A DNA stretch of 59,196 bases from Micavibrio sp. GTDB lineage: Bacteria; Patescibacteriota; Minisyncoccia; Moranbacterales; GCA-2747515. The stretch is taken from contig DYDB01000001.1 of the NCBI GenBank assembly GCA_020718085.1, positions 329,575 through 388,770 of the forward strand, read 5' to 3'. Shown here piece by piece: positions 57,652-59,196 of the stretch. The translations under genes were made by a program, and so were the position numbers. Position 1 is the stretch's first letter; the number at the start of each line of letters is the position of its first letter. The notes beneath the pieces were generated by a model, which saw only the letters and a list, made by a program, of their open reading frames with translations, was not told the origin of the DNA and searched no databases.

Positions 57652-58647
57652 TTAATGAATCGGGATTACATTTTTCGTATAAGAATTGTTTCCTTCATCA
57701 CTTTCATCCACATCACCATCCGAATCTGCAACCGCTTTGGTGGTATAGTTCGCCCAGCCGCCATATGTATAATCACACTCCACCGTCTCACTATCTCCCG
57801 CTTTGAGAATGTCGATCTTCTCATGACATGCTCTGCTACCAGTCACAGTCGGCCACCATTCCCAATAAAAATCCTCCGCATCGGTTTCGCCTTTGTTCTT
57901 GATCTTGAAACTCACAGTGAATTCTTCCCCCTGTTTGGGATCATGATCGAACTCGTAATCACTAATGGACAAATCAGCCTTTTCCGCAACTACAATCTCT
58001 TTTTTACTCACGTTGTTATTCTCATCAATTTCATCATTACCGTCTTTGGTATCAACGATGAACTTTGAGGCATACTCATCTGCTTCATCATATGTATATT
58101 CGCACTCAATAACTTTTGTAGCACCTGCTGCCAATCCATCTTCATCTCCCTTACAATCTCGACCGGAGCTTGTCGGCCACCATTCCCAACTGAAAGATTT
58201 TGATGCAATCGTGCCTTTGTTTCCTATGACGATCTTTGCCGTAAATTCATCTCCAATCCGTGGCGTTTTATCGAGATCATAACTTTTCACATAGAGATCC
58301 GGTTTCTTTACTACATTTTTTGTGGCATCATCCGTATCTTCAGAAGTATTCGCGGGTGATGTACTTGGAGACGGTGACACTGACGGCGGTTTAACAGTTG
58401 TATCTACAGTGCTCTCACTTGTCGTTGTCTTTTGCATACCTTCTTCAGTCACTTCACCATCATCCGATTTTTTCAATGCAAAAACTACAAGAAACCCAAT
58501 CAAAACCAACACTAGGATGATCAGTAGAATTGTCATCACCCACTGAAACGGCGTAAACTTTTTTGTCGGTTGAACATCTGAAATTTGCTCAGATTCATCC
58601 ACCGGTATTTCTTCATTTTCTTCAACCGGCATTGGTTCGTTTTCCAT
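57652..58647 (-). CDS. Membrane-anchored protein with two CARDB (Ig-like) domains
   Basis: TM, Ser/Thr/Pro linker, two repeats PDL...NKG....F.WEWWPT...E.DE.NN. Confidence 0.85.
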   Translation of the reverse strand: MENEPMPVEENEEIPVDESEQISDVQPTKKFTPFQWVMTILLIILVLVLIGFLVVFALKKSDDGEVTEEGMQKTTTSESTVDTTVKPPSVSPSPSTSPANTSEDTDDATKNVVKKPDLYVKSYDLDKTPRIGDEFTAKIVIGNKGTIASKSFSWEWWPTSSGRDCKGDEDGLAAGATKVIECEYTYDEADEYASKFIVDTKDGNDEIDENNNVSKKEIVVAEKADLSISDYEFDHDPKQGEEFTVSFKIKNKGETDAEDFYWEWWPTVTGSRACHEKIDILKAGDSETVECDYTYGGWANYTTKAVADSDGDVDESDEGNNSYTKNVIPIH

Positions 58648-58781
58648 AGATTCATTGTTAATTTTTACACACTTTCATTTAATAGCATTATAACACAAAA
58701 TACTGTTTTTTATATTAAATAACTAACGTGCCAACAATAAGCAAACTCCTTTTGAGTGACCTGAATGATTATGCGAATTTT

Positions 58782-58827
58782 GATCTCTTCACTACGCCTG
58801 CCTGTCGGCAGGCAGGGTCGAGATGAC
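58782..58827. repeat. Half REP-like element carrying the 20-bp palindrome CCTGCCTGTCGGCAGGCAGG (58797-58816)
   Basis: GATCTCTTCACTACG-[palindrome]-GTCGAGATGAC; GC-rich patch in an AT-rich gap. Confidence 0.6.
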
Positions 58828-58920
58828 ATACCAAAGAAGAACAAAAAAGCACATTGCTCCCATCTATTTTTAAAAATCTAAATAATACTCTCGCCGTTTA
58901 GTTTTTATAAATGCAAAATC

Positions 58921-58948
58921 AGGTGTGCGACGCGTTGGCCGCACACCT
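58921..58948 (-). terminator. Terminator of the 46-aa ORF
   Basis: AGGTGTGCG/CGCACACCT inverted repeat. Confidence 0.65.
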
Positions 58949-58964
58949 TTTCTTCAGGAAAAGA

Positions 58965-59105
58965 TCATGAGAATAGATTCTCAAATGTTTTTGGCGCTAT
59001 GAGTGCCATCATAAAAACAGCAAAAACCAGAATGGCTCCAACACGTTGGAGCCTGATCGAAACTGGTTCATCTGCAACCTCAACATTTTCTCCTTGCTGA
59101 TACAT
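58965..59105 (-). CDS. Small single-TM protein (46 aa)
   Basis: Translated by hand: MYQQGENVEVADEPVSIRLQRVGAILVFAVFMMALIAPKTFENLFS; SD AAGGAGGT. Confidence 0.7.
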   Translation of the reverse strand: MYQQGENVEVADEPVSIRLQRVGAILVFAVFMMALIAPKTFENLFS

Positions 59106-59196
59106 TTTTACCTCCTTGGTAAAAGATTCTTGTGATATAGATCAATTATTGATCTGATAGAAAATTCAAATACAAAAGAAAAAACGTTCACATTAT

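Noticed and set aside
1..59196. CRISPR array, rRNA, prophage or integron
   Set aside because: No regularly spaced repeats and no cas, integrase, transposase or virion genes were seen.

Overview
A gene-dense, AT-rich bacterial window in the standard genetic code. The gene set (sortase with DxDGDG repeats, UPF0182, DUF5684, DUF4105, CARDB proteins, core genes without a Shine-Dalgarno site) suggests a Patescibacteria/CPR genome, possibly Moranbacteria-like; this is inference only. Most genes are on the minus strand. Contents: surface-glycan genes, leuS, cardiolipin synthase, two tRNA-Pro genes, an ECF sigma/anti-sigma module, a MutS-ATPase-domain protein, lysA, a low-GC KAP NTPase, and a de novo nucleotide cluster (purL, purN, divergent purM, pyrK-pyrD fusion, stand-alone PurH cyclohydrolase domain) interleaved with three related GlcG/HbpS-like proteins. 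The strongest unexplained signals are mostly non-coding: (1) a Gln/Asn-rich leader peptide with terminator and antiterminator at 23140-23327; (2) a ~280-nt leader with repeated AGGN-loop hairpins at 35832-36146; (3) a three-way-junction leader upstream of pyrK-pyrD; (4) a recurring promoter-hairpin-boxA-strong SD leader design that marks one class of genes. No CRISPR array, rRNA, integrase or transposase was seen. All calls come from reading motifs by eye; no searches were run.
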